A stretch of 64,000 nt of DNA. It comes from an uncultured Actinomycetota bacterium (lineage in GTDB: Bacteria > Actinomycetota > Actinomycetes > Mycobacteriales > Mycobacteriaceae). Below the pieces are notes generated by a model. It saw nothing but the letters and a program-made list of their open reading frames with translations. It was not told where the DNA came from and ran no database searches. The DNA lies in the NCBI GenBank assembly GCA_963817825.1, contig CAWFQG010000028.1:3354-67353 (forward strand). The letters run 5' to 3'. The position numbers and the translations under genes are program-made. Shown here in pieces: positions 53,078 to 62,523 of the stretch. Position 1 is the first letter of the stretch. Every line of letters begins with the position of its first letter.

Positions 53078-54244
53078 TCACACCATTGCGGTCCGTGGGA
53101 CATCCATTCCCAGTATCAGCGCGCCCGCAAGCTCGCGGCTGGTGTCGTAGTCGAACACCACGTGACCAGACAGTACGTCGACGTCGCGCTTGATCCGCTG
53201 CAGTGGATTGTCCAGGAAGTGCGCACTGGCTCCCGACGCCCCGAGCAGGCGGCCGATCAGCGCCCTCGACTCGTGCACGATATACGCCGCCGCCAGCCGT
53301 GCCTCGCCGCGCACCGGCCGAGGTACGGGATCGCCCGCGGCAATGATGGTTTCGAGTTGGCCGACGGTGTCGTCGAGCAGCCCTCGCAGGGCGCGCAGCC
53401 GCACCCGCGCCTCGCCGAGATGGGCCTGCGCGATGGGTTTGTCCCTCTGTGTGACGCCCTCGTAGGCCAGCACGCGTTGCGACAGGCGCTCGGCGTAGAT
53501 GTCGACGACGCGCTCGGCGCTGCCGAGTGCGGGCATCGCCGCCAACAGCGCCAGCGCGGGCACCATCGGCCAGCGATACGTGTCTGCATCGTGCAGGGCG
53601 GCGCCCGGCGCGGTGCCTTTGTAGATATCCGAGACCTTGACCAGGCGATGGGCGGGGACGAAGGCGTCGGTGATGACGGCGTCGTTCGATCCGGTGGCAC
53701 ACATGCCGTCGGTGTGCCACACGTCCTCGATGTGGACGTCGCCGATGGGCAGCAGCGCCAGCGCGGGGTAGATGCCGTCGTCCGGCCCGCACAGGGCACC
53801 CACGATGATCCAGTTGCCGTCCATCACCCCGGTGGCCCACGACCACCGTCCAGACAGCCGGATGCCGCCGTCGGCGGGCACGCCGCGGCCCGTCGGGGCC
53901 AGGGGAGCGGGCGCCAGGAACGGCCGGGTCGCGAAGGCTTCCTGCTGGGCCTCCTCGCCGAACAGCGCCATCATCCAGTTGTGCAGGGTGTAGAAGCCCA
54001 GCGTCCATGCGGTGGACGCGCATCCGTGCGCCATCCGACGGACCGGATCGAGGATCGCGGGCCATGGCGCCTGTGCGCCGCCGTAGCGCGCGGGTACGAG
54101 CAGTTCGGCGAATCCGGATGCGACGAAGTCGTCGACGGTGGCGCTCGGAAGCCTGCGCAGGTCCTCAGCCTCCTGCGCGCGCTCGGCGAGCCTTGCGACT
54201 AACTCCTGGCTGATGTCGGGCGACGTGGCCGGAGCAGCGGTCAT
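53078..54244 (-). CDS. Flavin-dependent monooxygenase, HsaA/ACAD-fold oxygenase
   Basis: LSGRWSWATG, WHTDGMCATGSND, LQRIKRDV. Confidence 0.85.
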   Translation of the reverse strand: MTAAPATSPDISQELVARLAERAQEAEDLRRLPSATVDDFVASGFAELLVPARYGGAQAPWPAILDPVRRMAHGCASTAWTLGFYTLHNWMMALFGEEAQQEAFATRPFLAPAPLAPTGRGVPADGGIRLSGRWSWATGVMDGNWIIVGALCGPDDGIYPALALLPIGDVHIEDVWHTDGMCATGSNDAVITDAFVPAHRLVKVSDIYKGTAPGAALHDADTYRWPMVPALALLAAMPALGSAERVVDIYAERLSQRVLAYEGVTQRDKPIAQAHLGEARVRLRALRGLLDDTVGQLETIIAAGDPVPRPVRGEARLAAAYIVHESRALIGRLLGASGASAHFLDNPLQRIKRDVDVLSGHVVFDYDTSRELAGALILGMDVPRTAMV

Positions 54245-54257
54245 AGTGGCGAACGTA

Positions 54258-54275
54258 CCATACTTTTAGGTATGG
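54258..54275. promoter_or_regulatory. TetR-type operator upstream of the monooxygenase
   Basis: CCATAC-TTTTAG-GTATGG. Confidence 0.65.
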
Positions 54276-54285
54276 AAAGTCGGTG

Positions 54286-54852
54286 TCAGCGCGCCAGCAT
54301 CAGATCGAGAAAGCGCTCTCGGCGGGCCACCCCACGGGCGTTCGGCTGTTGTCCGGACAGATGGAGGAACCCGATTCCGGCGGCGAAGGTGGCGTTGGCG
54401 CGCAGGTCGGCGTCCTCGGCATCGAACCCGTAGTCGACAAACGCCCGGCGCACGGCGTCCAGAATCCGTTGATCGGCGGCTCGGACGCTGGCGGCGACGG
54501 CGTCATCGGTTCTGGCCCACTCACGCATGGCCCGTTCCAGCGTCCAGTGCCTGGCGCTCAACAACGACGACATCATTTGCGAGAGCCGTTCCCGAGGCGG
54601 GATTCGGGCCAGCTGACCGAAATCGCTTCGGTCGTCGTCGCGCAATTCACCCCACGCTTCTACCAAGGTGGCGCGATAACCGGCGATATCGGTGAAATGC
54701 CAGTAGAAGCTGCCTTTTGTCACCGCCAGTCGATCGCACAAGCGGTCAATCTTGAGCGCTGTGATGCCCTCCTCGGCGAGGATCGAGAAGCCAGCCTGAA
54801 CCCAGTCGTCGACAGTTAACCGGCTGGTGGTGCCCCCGCGATCGATGGCCAT
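54286..54852 (-). CDS. TetR/AcrR regulator
   Basis: LKIDRLCDRLAVTKGSFYWHF HTH. Confidence 0.9.
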   Translation of the reverse strand: MAIDRGGTTSRLTVDDWVQAGFSILAEEGITALKIDRLCDRLAVTKGSFYWHFTDIAGYRATLVEAWGELRDDDRSDFGQLARIPPRERLSQMMSSLLSARHWTLERAMREWARTDDAVAASVRAADQRILDAVRRAFVDYGFDAEDADLRANATFAAGIGFLHLSGQQPNARGVARRERFLDLMLAR

Positions 54853-55101
54853 CAGCGCCCACCCTACGACGGATCGCATGCCTTCTGAATTGACTCTGGC
54901 GTCACCCTAAATTTCGCTTACGAATACGGCACAGAGTGACGGCCGGGGTTTTCCCTGTCCTGGTCACATGTTTTACTCGACTTCGCACAACTGAAATTAC
55001 TCGGTCCGCTCTCTGCCGACGAAGACGTCGGTAGAGCGGGCGCGACAGCGCAGTGAAGACTTGGCTGCGGTGCCGGGGCGAAGGTCGCTCTCGGGACGTA
55101 G

Positions 55102-56112
<1,011 letters not shown>

Positions 56113-56376
56113 TCAGCGCCTGATCGTTGGGCTGTGACCAATCCCCGTCGAGGGTCTCCTCGGCGGGGATTGGTTTTGCGCCATCGAGATGCACGTGCCG
56201 AGATGGCCTGCGACGCAAGGCACACCGTTCATCGTCGGTACGGGACCGCCGGAAATGACGGTCGGGACGCCGTCGCCGTAGGGCTTGTAACCTGAATTGT
56301 CGCCTGCGGGTTGGGCCGCCGCCGTCGGGGCGGTGGCGATTGCGACGGCGAGCACGCCGACCATAATCAGGCGCAC
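56113..56376 (-). CDS. Small secreted protein with a Cys pair
   Basis: GTG overlaps the upstream TAG; signal peptide PTAAA|QP; VPCVAGHLGTC. Confidence 0.55.
   Translation of the reverse strand: MRLIMVGVLAVAIATAPTAAAQPAGDNSGYKPYGDGVPTVISGGPVPTMNGVPCVAGHLGTCISMAQNQSPPRRPSTGIGHSPTIRR
56137..56177 (+). terminator. Intrinsic terminator after antigen 85
   Basis: ACCAATCCCCGTCGAG-GGTCTC-CTCGGCGGGGATTGGT followed by TTT. Confidence 0.75.
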
Positions 56377-57374
56377 TAAAAGCCTCCGGTCACCCGAACC
56401 ACGGCTCGGCCCGAATACCGACCAGCACGGATCTCGTCGAGCACACCGACCACGTCCTTGACGTCGACGTCTTGTGATATGTCCGAAAGATGTTGTGGCC
56501 GTAACGAACCGCCCAACTTCTCCCACAGTTCGCGTCGCGGTCCGATCGGCATCAGCACAGAGTCGATGCCCAACAAGGCCACTCCGCGCAGAATGAACGG
56601 CATCACGGTGGTGTTCAGCCCCGCCCCGCCGGTCAGTCCGCTCGCCGCCACGGCACCGCCGTAGCGAATGGTGCTCAGCACATCGGCCAGAGTCTTACCG
56701 CCGACGCAGTCGACGGCACCGGCCCATCGGGTCTTGCCCAGCGGCCGGGGCTTGGCGTCCGGGTCTTCCGGCAACCTGCCGATGACGTCGGCGGCGCCCA
56801 GCGCCTTCAAACGCTCGGCCGCGTCCGGCTTCCCCGTCGACGCGACGACCTCATAGCCCGCGGCGGCCAGCAGGTCGATGCTGACCGACCCGACCCCGCC
56901 GGTGGCGCCGGTCACCACGATCGGCCCGTCGTCCGGCGTGATGCCGCGGTCCATCAGCGCCTGCACGCTCATCGCCGCGGTGAAACCGGCTGTGCCGATG
57001 GCGGCGCCGTCACGAGGGCTCAGCGAGCCGAGCGAGACGACCCACTCCGCGGGCAGCCGCGCGTACTCGGCGTAGCCGCCGTGGCGAGCCGTGCCGATCT
57101 CGTAGCCGTGTGCCAGCACCGCGTCACCGACCGCGAACTCCGGTGACTGCGACTCGACCACCTCGCCGGTGAGGTCGACGCCCGGCACGATCGGATAGTC
57201 CCGCACCACACCGCCGTTGGGTGTGACGGCGAGGGCGTCTTTGTAGTTGACGCTGGAATAGGCGACGCGAATCGTCACCTCACCGGACGGGAGGTCGGAC
57301 TCCTCCAGGGCTTCGACGGCGCAATCGATGCGGTCGTCGGTCTTGCGGGCGACGAGGGCCTGAAAGGTGTCCAT
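56376..57374 (-). CDS. AcuI/YhdH-family MDR (acrylyl-CoA reductase-like)
   Basis: YSSVNYKDALA, IGTAGFTA, TGATGGVGS, PFILRGVALLGIDS. Confidence 0.9.
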   Translation of the reverse strand: MDTFQALVARKTDDRIDCAVEALEESDLPSGEVTIRVAYSSVNYKDALAVTPNGGVVRDYPIVPGVDLTGEVVESQSPEFAVGDAVLAHGYEIGTARHGGYAEYARLPAEWVVSLGSLSPRDGAAIGTAGFTAAMSVQALMDRGITPDDGPIVVTGATGGVGSVSIDLLAAAGYEVVASTGKPDAAERLKALGAADVIGRLPEDPDAKPRPLGKTRWAGAVDCVGGKTLADVLSTIRYGGAVAASGLTGGAGLNTTVMPFILRGVALLGIDSVLMPIGPRRELWEKLGGSLRPQHLSDISQDVDVKDVVGVLDEIRAGRYSGRAVVRVTGGF

Positions 57375-57403
57375 GCCCAGAGGGTACGTCGCTGGCGTTT
57401 GGG

Positions 57404-58618
57404 CTACTTCAGTTCGGCCGATGACAGGCCGAGCAGCCTGCGCGCCACCACCAGCTGCTGAATCTGCTGGGTACCCTCGAAGATGTCAAGGATCTTCGAG
57501 TCACGCGACCACTTCTCCAGCAGGGTCTTCTCGGAATAGCCTGTGGTGCCTGCCATTTCGACAGCCTTGAGGGTGATGTCACTGGCCACCCGGGCCGCCT
57601 TGGCCTTACCCATCGACGCTTCCTTCGAGTTCGGAATGTCGTTGTCGGCCTGCCATGCCGACCGCACCGTCAGCAGGTATCCCGACTCCCAGTCCGCTTC
57701 CATCCGGATGAACTCCGCGGCGGCCGCGCTCTGGGCGTGCGCGGGCTTGTCGTAGGAGATCTCCACGCCGGCGTCGACGAGGATCTTGCGCAGTTCCTCC
57801 AGCGCGGCACGGGCGATGCCGACCGCCATCGCGGCGACGACGGGCCGGGTGTTGTCGAACGTCTCCATGACCCCGGCGAAGCCCTTTTCGACCTGGATCT
57901 CGGGGCTGCCGAGCAGGTTGTCCTTCGGGATCCGCACGTTGTCGAAACGGATGACGGCGGTGTCGGAGGCCTTGATGCCGAGCTTGTCCTCGAGCCGCTC
58001 GACGGTCACGCCGGGATAGTCGCGCGGCACGATGAACGACTTGATCGCCGCGCGGCCCAACGACTTGTCCAGTGTCGCCCACACCACGATGTGGGTGGCG
58101 CGTGAACCGGCGGTGACGAAGATCTTCTCGCCGTTGATCACGTACTCGTCGCCGTCGACCTTCGCGGTGGTCGACACCGCGGCCGAGTCGGAACCGAAGC
58201 CCGGCTCGGTGATGGCCATCGCGGCCCATACATCCTTGCCCAGCCGCTCCAGCTGCTCGTCGGTGGCTACACCGCTGATCGCGGCGTTGCCGAGGCCCTG
58301 TCGCGGCACCGACAGCATCAATGCGACGTCGCCCCAACTGATCTCCATCACGTTGAGCACGGCCGACATGTTGCCGCCGTTGTGGTTGGTCTCCTTGGCG
58401 TCTTCTGCGTCGCGGAATGCCTCGGCACCCGCGAACGCGACAAAATTTGCCTCCGAGATGCCTTCGAAAAGGGTGGCCAAGGTATCCAGCTCGACCGGAT
58501 ACTCGTGTTCGCGGAGATCCCACTTGCGCGAGATCGGCCGCAGCATCTCGGCGGCACCCTGATGCGCCTTCTCGATCACCGCGTTGAGCTTGCGCGGCAG
58601 TTCCAGATTGATTGCCAT
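57404..58618 (-). CDS. fadE23: Acyl-CoA dehydrogenase
   Basis: MAINLELPRKL start, TEPGFGSDS, ILDIFEGTQQIQ; downstream of fadE24. Confidence 0.9.
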   Translation of the reverse strand: MAINLELPRKLNAVIEKAHQGAAEMLRPISRKWDLREHEYPVELDTLATLFEGISEANFVAFAGAEAFRDAEDAKETNHNGGNMSAVLNVMEISWGDVALMLSVPRQGLGNAAISGVATDEQLERLGKDVWAAMAITEPGFGSDSAAVSTTAKVDGDEYVINGEKIFVTAGSRATHIVVWATLDKSLGRAAIKSFIVPRDYPGVTVERLEDKLGIKASDTAVIRFDNVRIPKDNLLGSPEIQVEKGFAGVMETFDNTRPVVAAMAVGIARAALEELRKILVDAGVEISYDKPAHAQSAAAAEFIRMEADWESGYLLTVRSAWQADNDIPNSKEASMGKAKAARVASDITLKAVEMAGTTGYSEKTLLEKWSRDSKILDIFEGTQQIQQLVVARRLLGLSSAELK

Positions 58619-58635
58619 GAGAGTCTTTCCGTCCC

Positions 58636-60027
58636 CTAGATGACTACGACGCCCTCGGCGACGCCTATCACGCGCAGATCGCGGTACCAGCGTTCGACGG
58701 GATGTTCTTTGGTGTAGCCGTGGCCGCCGAGCAGCTGGACGCCATCGAGGCCGATCTGCATGCCCTTGTCGGTGCCGAGCCGCTTGGCCAATGCCGCCTC
58801 GCGGATGAACGACAGACCCTGGTCGGCCCGCGCCGCGCCACGCCAGGTGATCAGCCGCAGGCCGTCGAGTTCGATCGCGATGTTCGCGCACATGAAAGCG
58901 ACCGACTGGCGGTGGGCGATCGGCTCGCCGAACGCCTGGCGCTCCTTGACGTAGGGGACGACGTGGTCGAGCACTGCGTGGGCGGTGCCGACGGCCAGGG
59001 AGGCCCACCCGAGCCGCGACAGCGCGACGGCCTCGGAGTAGTCCTCGTCGGTCGCGTCGTCCTCGCCTAGGCGCGCCGACAGCGGCACGGAGACGTTGTC
59101 CAGTTCGACCTTGCCGAGCGACGCTGCCCTGATGCCCATGCCCGGATCGGGTGTGACGGTCAGGCCTTTCGACGACGACTCCACGATGAACAGTGCAGGC
59201 TTGCCGTTCAATTGCGCTGCCACGATCAGCAATTCGGCGTCTTTGGCCGCCACCACCAACGACTTCGCGCCGTCGAGGCGATAGCCGCTGGGCGTCCGGA
59301 CGGCCGTCGTCTTCAACGCGGTCGGGTCGAACAGCGGGTGCGGTTCGGCGATCGCCAGGCACGCCTGGGGCACGTTCTCGCGGGCGAACTCCTTGAGATA
59401 GGTGGCCTGCTGGTCGGCGCTGCCCCAGTGAGTGAGGGCCGATGCGACGCCCGAGGGCGCGAGGATCGGCAGCGCCAATCCCATATCGCCGTAGGCGAGT
59501 GCTTCGGCGACCAATGCGTTCGTCACGGCGGCGCGGTGCTCGGCGATGCCGTCGTAGTCCTCGGGGATGTTGATCGCCGTGATGCCGAGCTCACTGGCCT
59601 TCGCGACGAGATCGGCTGGGTAGCTTGCGCTTTCGTCCGCTTCGCTGGCGGCGGGCCGGAGCACCTCTTCGGCGAACTCGCTGACGGTCTCGACGATCAT
59701 CTTCTGGTCGTCGTCGGGCGTCAGGTCGAAGTAGTCGGCTCCGCTGGCTTTGAGTCGCGTCGGGCCGCTCTTTGCGCCCGATACCTTCTTGAACTGGCGG
59801 TTGGTGGCGCCAACGACGGAGAAGACCTGCTTCACGCCGTATTTGAGCCCGCGGTTCAACGGGTCGCGGAGGTTGTGTTTGTCCAGGAACTCCTGCCCGA
59901 CGATTGGCGTGATCAACGCCAAGCCGATGTCGGTCGGGGTTCGCTTGTGCTTCTGTCGTCCGACGGCGCTCTCACGCCCGTTGCGTTTGGGCGCGCGAGC
60001 TGACTTACGGTCGATTGTGTTGGTCAT
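58636..60027 (-). CDS. fadE24: Acyl-CoA dehydrogenase
   Basis: TPIVGQEFLDK...DPLNR, EALAYGDMGLA, GGHGYTKEHPVERWYRD. Confidence 0.9.
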   Translation of the reverse strand: MTNTIDRKSARAPKRNGRESAVGRQKHKRTPTDIGLALITPIVGQEFLDKHNLRDPLNRGLKYGVKQVFSVVGATNRQFKKVSGAKSGPTRLKASGADYFDLTPDDDQKMIVETVSEFAEEVLRPAASEADESASYPADLVAKASELGITAINIPEDYDGIAEHRAAVTNALVAEALAYGDMGLALPILAPSGVASALTHWGSADQQATYLKEFARENVPQACLAIAEPHPLFDPTALKTTAVRTPSGYRLDGAKSLVVAAKDAELLIVAAQLNGKPALFIVESSSKGLTVTPDPGMGIRAASLGKVELDNVSVPLSARLGEDDATDEDYSEAVALSRLGWASLAVGTAHAVLDHVVPYVKERQAFGEPIAHRQSVAFMCANIAIELDGLRLITWRGAARADQGLSFIREAALAKRLGTDKGMQIGLDGVQLLGGHGYTKEHPVERWYRDLRVIGVAEGVVVI

Positions 60028-60067
60028 GTCAGCAGCCTTGGTTGGTAGGGGCTTGTGCCAATTACCG

Positions 60068-60089
60068 TATCTTACTCCGGAGTAAGATA
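60068..60089. promoter_or_regulatory. Perfect 22-bp palindrome, probable FdmR (Rv0238)-type operator
   Basis: TATCTTACTCCGGAGTAAGATA about 40 bp upstream of fadE24, a recalled FdmR target. Confidence 0.7.
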
Positions 60090-60109
60090 GAAACCGAATG
60101 TTATTTGCT

Positions 60110-60892
60110 TCACACCGCGCTGAGGCTGCTCAGAGCCGCCTCGTGGAGCAATCCATTGGTGGCCAACGCGCCGCGGCCGTGCGGTCCAGGTCGGCCCTCC
60201 AGATTCGTGAACGAGCCGCCTGCCTCACGCACCAGGATGTCGAGCGGCGCGACGTCCCACAGGTTCACCTCGGGCTCGGCGGCAATGTCAACGGCACCCT
60301 CGGCCACCAGGCAGTAAGACCAGAAATCGCCGTAAGCGCGAACCCGCCACACGGCATCGGTGAGATCGAGGAATCGCGGCCTTACCTCGTCCCAGCCGGT
60401 GGTGAGATCCGAGAACGACAGGCTGGCCGAGCCGAGGTCAGTGACGCCGGAAGTCGAGATGCGCCGCGTTGCGCCGCCGAACGACGTGAATGCGCCCTCG
60501 CCGTCGCCCGCCCACCATCGGCGGCCCAACGCAGGCGCGCTCGCGACACCGACGACGGGCACACCGTCGACAAGCAGCGCGATCAGGGTGGCCCATACCG
60601 GTACGCCGCGGACGAAGTTCTTCGTGCCGTCGATCGGGTCGATCACCCATTGGCGTCCGCTGAAAGCCGCTGTGCCCCCGAGCTCTTCACCGAAAACCGA
60701 GTCATTCGGACGATGGGCCGTCAGCGACGCGCGCAGCAGCTCCTCGGTTGACCGGTCGGCATCGGTCACCGGCGTGAGGTCGGGCTTGGTGTCGACGCGA
60801 AGGTCGAGCGCGCCGAATCGATCCACTGTCAGCGCGTCGGCCGCATCGGCCATTTCCAGAGCGAGCGAGATGTCATTCGCGACCGAGGTCAT
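60110..60892 (-). CDS. hisN: Histidinol-phosphate phosphatase (IMPase family)
   Basis: [29 protein letters not shown]. Confidence 0.92.
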   Translation of the reverse strand: MTSVANDISLALEMADAADALTVDRFGALDLRVDTKPDLTPVTDADRSTEELLRASLTAHRPNDSVFGEELGGTAAFSGRQWVIDPIDGTKNFVRGVPVWATLIALLVDGVPVVGVASAPALGRRWWAGDGEGAFTSFGGATRRISTSGVTDLGSASLSFSDLTTGWDEVRPRFLDLTDAVWRVRAYGDFWSYCLVAEGAVDIAAEPEVNLWDVAPLDILVREAGGSFTNLEGRPGPHGRGALATNGLLHEAALSSLSAV

Positions 60893-60915
60893 GGCAGCAG
60901 TCCTACCATGGCCGT

Positions 60916-61260
60916 GTGTGGGAATTAGCGATCCTGGTTTTGCTCATCGGCGCCGTCGTCGTGGTCGCGGGACCGTGGATCAGGGGGCGTCGCGGCATCC
61001 GAGGCGAGGTGGCGCACGGTCAACTGGTGGTCACCGGTGTGAGCCCCCGGCCGGATGCCACCGGTGAGCAGCTGGTGACGATCACCGGCGTCATCAACGG
61101 GCCGACGGTCAACGAGCACGTCGTCTATCAACGGCTCGCGGTCGACGTGAACAACTGGCCGACCATGGGGGAGTTGTTCCCGGTGGTGTACTCGCCGAAC
61201 AATCCGGACAACTGGCGCTTCGCGCCACCGGAGCAGCCGCCGGTTCCACCGCCTAGCTAG
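60916..61260 (+). CDS. Conserved membrane-anchored hypothetical protein
   Basis: N-terminal TM helix, beta domain, [12 protein letters not shown], Pro-rich tail. Confidence 0.75.
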   Translation: MWELAILVLLIGAVVVVAGPWIRGRRGIRGEVAHGQLVVTGVSPRPDATGEQLVTITGVINGPTVNEHVVYQRLAVDVNNWPTMGELFPVVYSPNNPDNWRFAPPEQPPVPPPS

Positions 61261-61338
61261 GCGGCGTCCCGTTCGGCGATGGCGATGCCGATTCTACTTC
61301 GAGCTCGGTCATTTCGATGGCTGGCGTGCGCAGCAGTG

Positions 61339-61368
61339 GCGGGGCGGTTGATCTAGATCGCGCCCCGC
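61339..61368. terminator. GC-rich hairpin between convergent genes
   Basis: GCGGGGCG...CGCCCCGC; no U-tract. Confidence 0.4.
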
Positions 61369-61552
61369 TGGGTGTCACGAATTCCGCTGTGTGGACGCCG
61401 ATTTTCGGTACCCGCTGTCACCCGCCAGCCCGGTGACTCCTTGACGTAGTTGCAGCGTTCGCAATCACCCAGGCCGTTTCGGCGTTGGTGGGCCCGTCGC
61501 GGTGGTGCGGTTGGGCGTGGTCATGGTGCCGAATCGGCGCATCGCAGTAGGC

Positions 61553-61822
61553 TCAAGCCTGCGACCATTGACAGGCGGACGCTAGTCGCTTCACCTTGGT
61601 CGTACCGTGTCCCCACCCGTTGTTCCACCCGCCGTTCCAGTTCGGGCCCCAGTCGACCCATCCCGGCCCGTTGACGCATGCGGATGCGTACCCCCAAGGG
61701 CCGTTGACGCAGATACCAGGATCTGCTGACGCCTGCCCCGCTCCCGCAACTGCGAACACCACTGGCGCCGCTACCGCACCCAATCCCGCCGCCGTCTTTC
61801 CGAGGCGTCCTGACCAGTTCAT
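61553..61822 (-). CDS. Small secreted Trp/Gly/Asn-rich protein
   Basis: Signal peptide GQASA|DP; CVNGP twice; WGPNWNGGWNNGWG. Confidence 0.7.
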   Translation of the reverse strand: MNWSGRLGKTAAGLGAVAAPVVFAVAGAGQASADPGICVNGPWGYASACVNGPGWVDWGPNWNGGWNNGWGHGTTKVKRLASACQWSQA

Positions 61823-61982
61823 AACTGTGCCTCCAATACTTAATATCCATGAGCCTAGCCCTGTTTGGGGTCATAGCAGCACCCCCACCGATACGTTCGC
61901 CGCACAGTCTGATAGATGCCTAAAACCTTCTTCGAAGGTCGCTGTGACCACCGAATTTCGGGCGTCGCCGCCGCGCCCAACT

Positions 61983-62054
61983 TCATGCGAGTTGAGGTGG
62001 CTCCTCGCTACGCGCGATGCGCGAGATGAGTGCGACATCGGATGATTCGAACAT
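61983..62054 (-). pseudogene. 23-codon stub resembling a DUF222/13E12 N-terminus (MFESSDVALISRIA...)
   Basis: ATG-TTC-GAA embedded in an SOS box, same geometry as at 18377. Confidence 0.45.
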
Positions 62055-62062
62055 GTGTTCGA
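62047..62062. promoter_or_regulatory. Perfect LexA (SOS) box
   Basis: TCGAACATGTGTTCGA matches TCGAAC-N4-GTTCGA. Confidence 0.9.
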
Positions 62063-62083
62063 CACTGCGACACCGGTCCGACA
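62062..62083 (-). promoter_or_regulatory. PafBC/RecA-NDp-type promoter
   Basis: TGTCGG-ACCGGTGTCG-CAGTGT on the minus strand; -10 has C for T. Confidence 0.55.
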
Positions 62084-62118
62084 AATATGCTCAACCCAGA
62101 AAGATACGGAGGAACCGC

Positions 62119-62523
62119 GTGCCTACACCCTTGCCTGCCGAACTGATCGCGCTGCTGCGGCGGCCGAGCCCGTGCTTCGTCGCCACGCTGATGCCCAACG
62201 GGTCGCCACAGCTGACGAAGACGTGGGTGACCACCGACGGCGAGAACATCGTGATCAACATCGTCGACGGCATGCAGAAGGCGCGGAATCTGGGGCGCGA
62301 TCCGCGCGTCGCCGTCAACGTCGTCGACCCCGACAACGGCGACCGGTACTACGCCGTGCGCGGGCGCGTCGTCTCGATGAAGACCGAGGGCGGCCGCGAG
62401 AGCATCGACGAGATCTCGCAGAAATACCTCGGCATGCCGTATCCGAACTTCACCGGCGAGCCGGAGCGCCGCGTGCTGATCACCATCGTCGCCGACTCGG
62501 TGACACCGCCCGCGCGCGACTAA
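62119..62523 (+). CDS. PPOX-class F420-dependent oxidoreductase
   Basis: RBS GGAGGA; VATLMPNGSPQLT, KARNLGRDPRVAV. Confidence 0.9.
   Translation: MPTPLPAELIALLRRPSPCFVATLMPNGSPQLTKTWVTTDGENIVINIVDGMQKARNLGRDPRVAVNVVDPDNGDRYYAVRGRVVSMKTEGGRESIDEISQKYLGMPYPNFTGEPERRVLITIVADSVTPPARD

Noticed and set aside
57404-59362. 652-aa ORF suggesting an extended fadE23
   Set aside because: The N-terminal part overlaps fadE24 out of frame; the true start is ATG 58618
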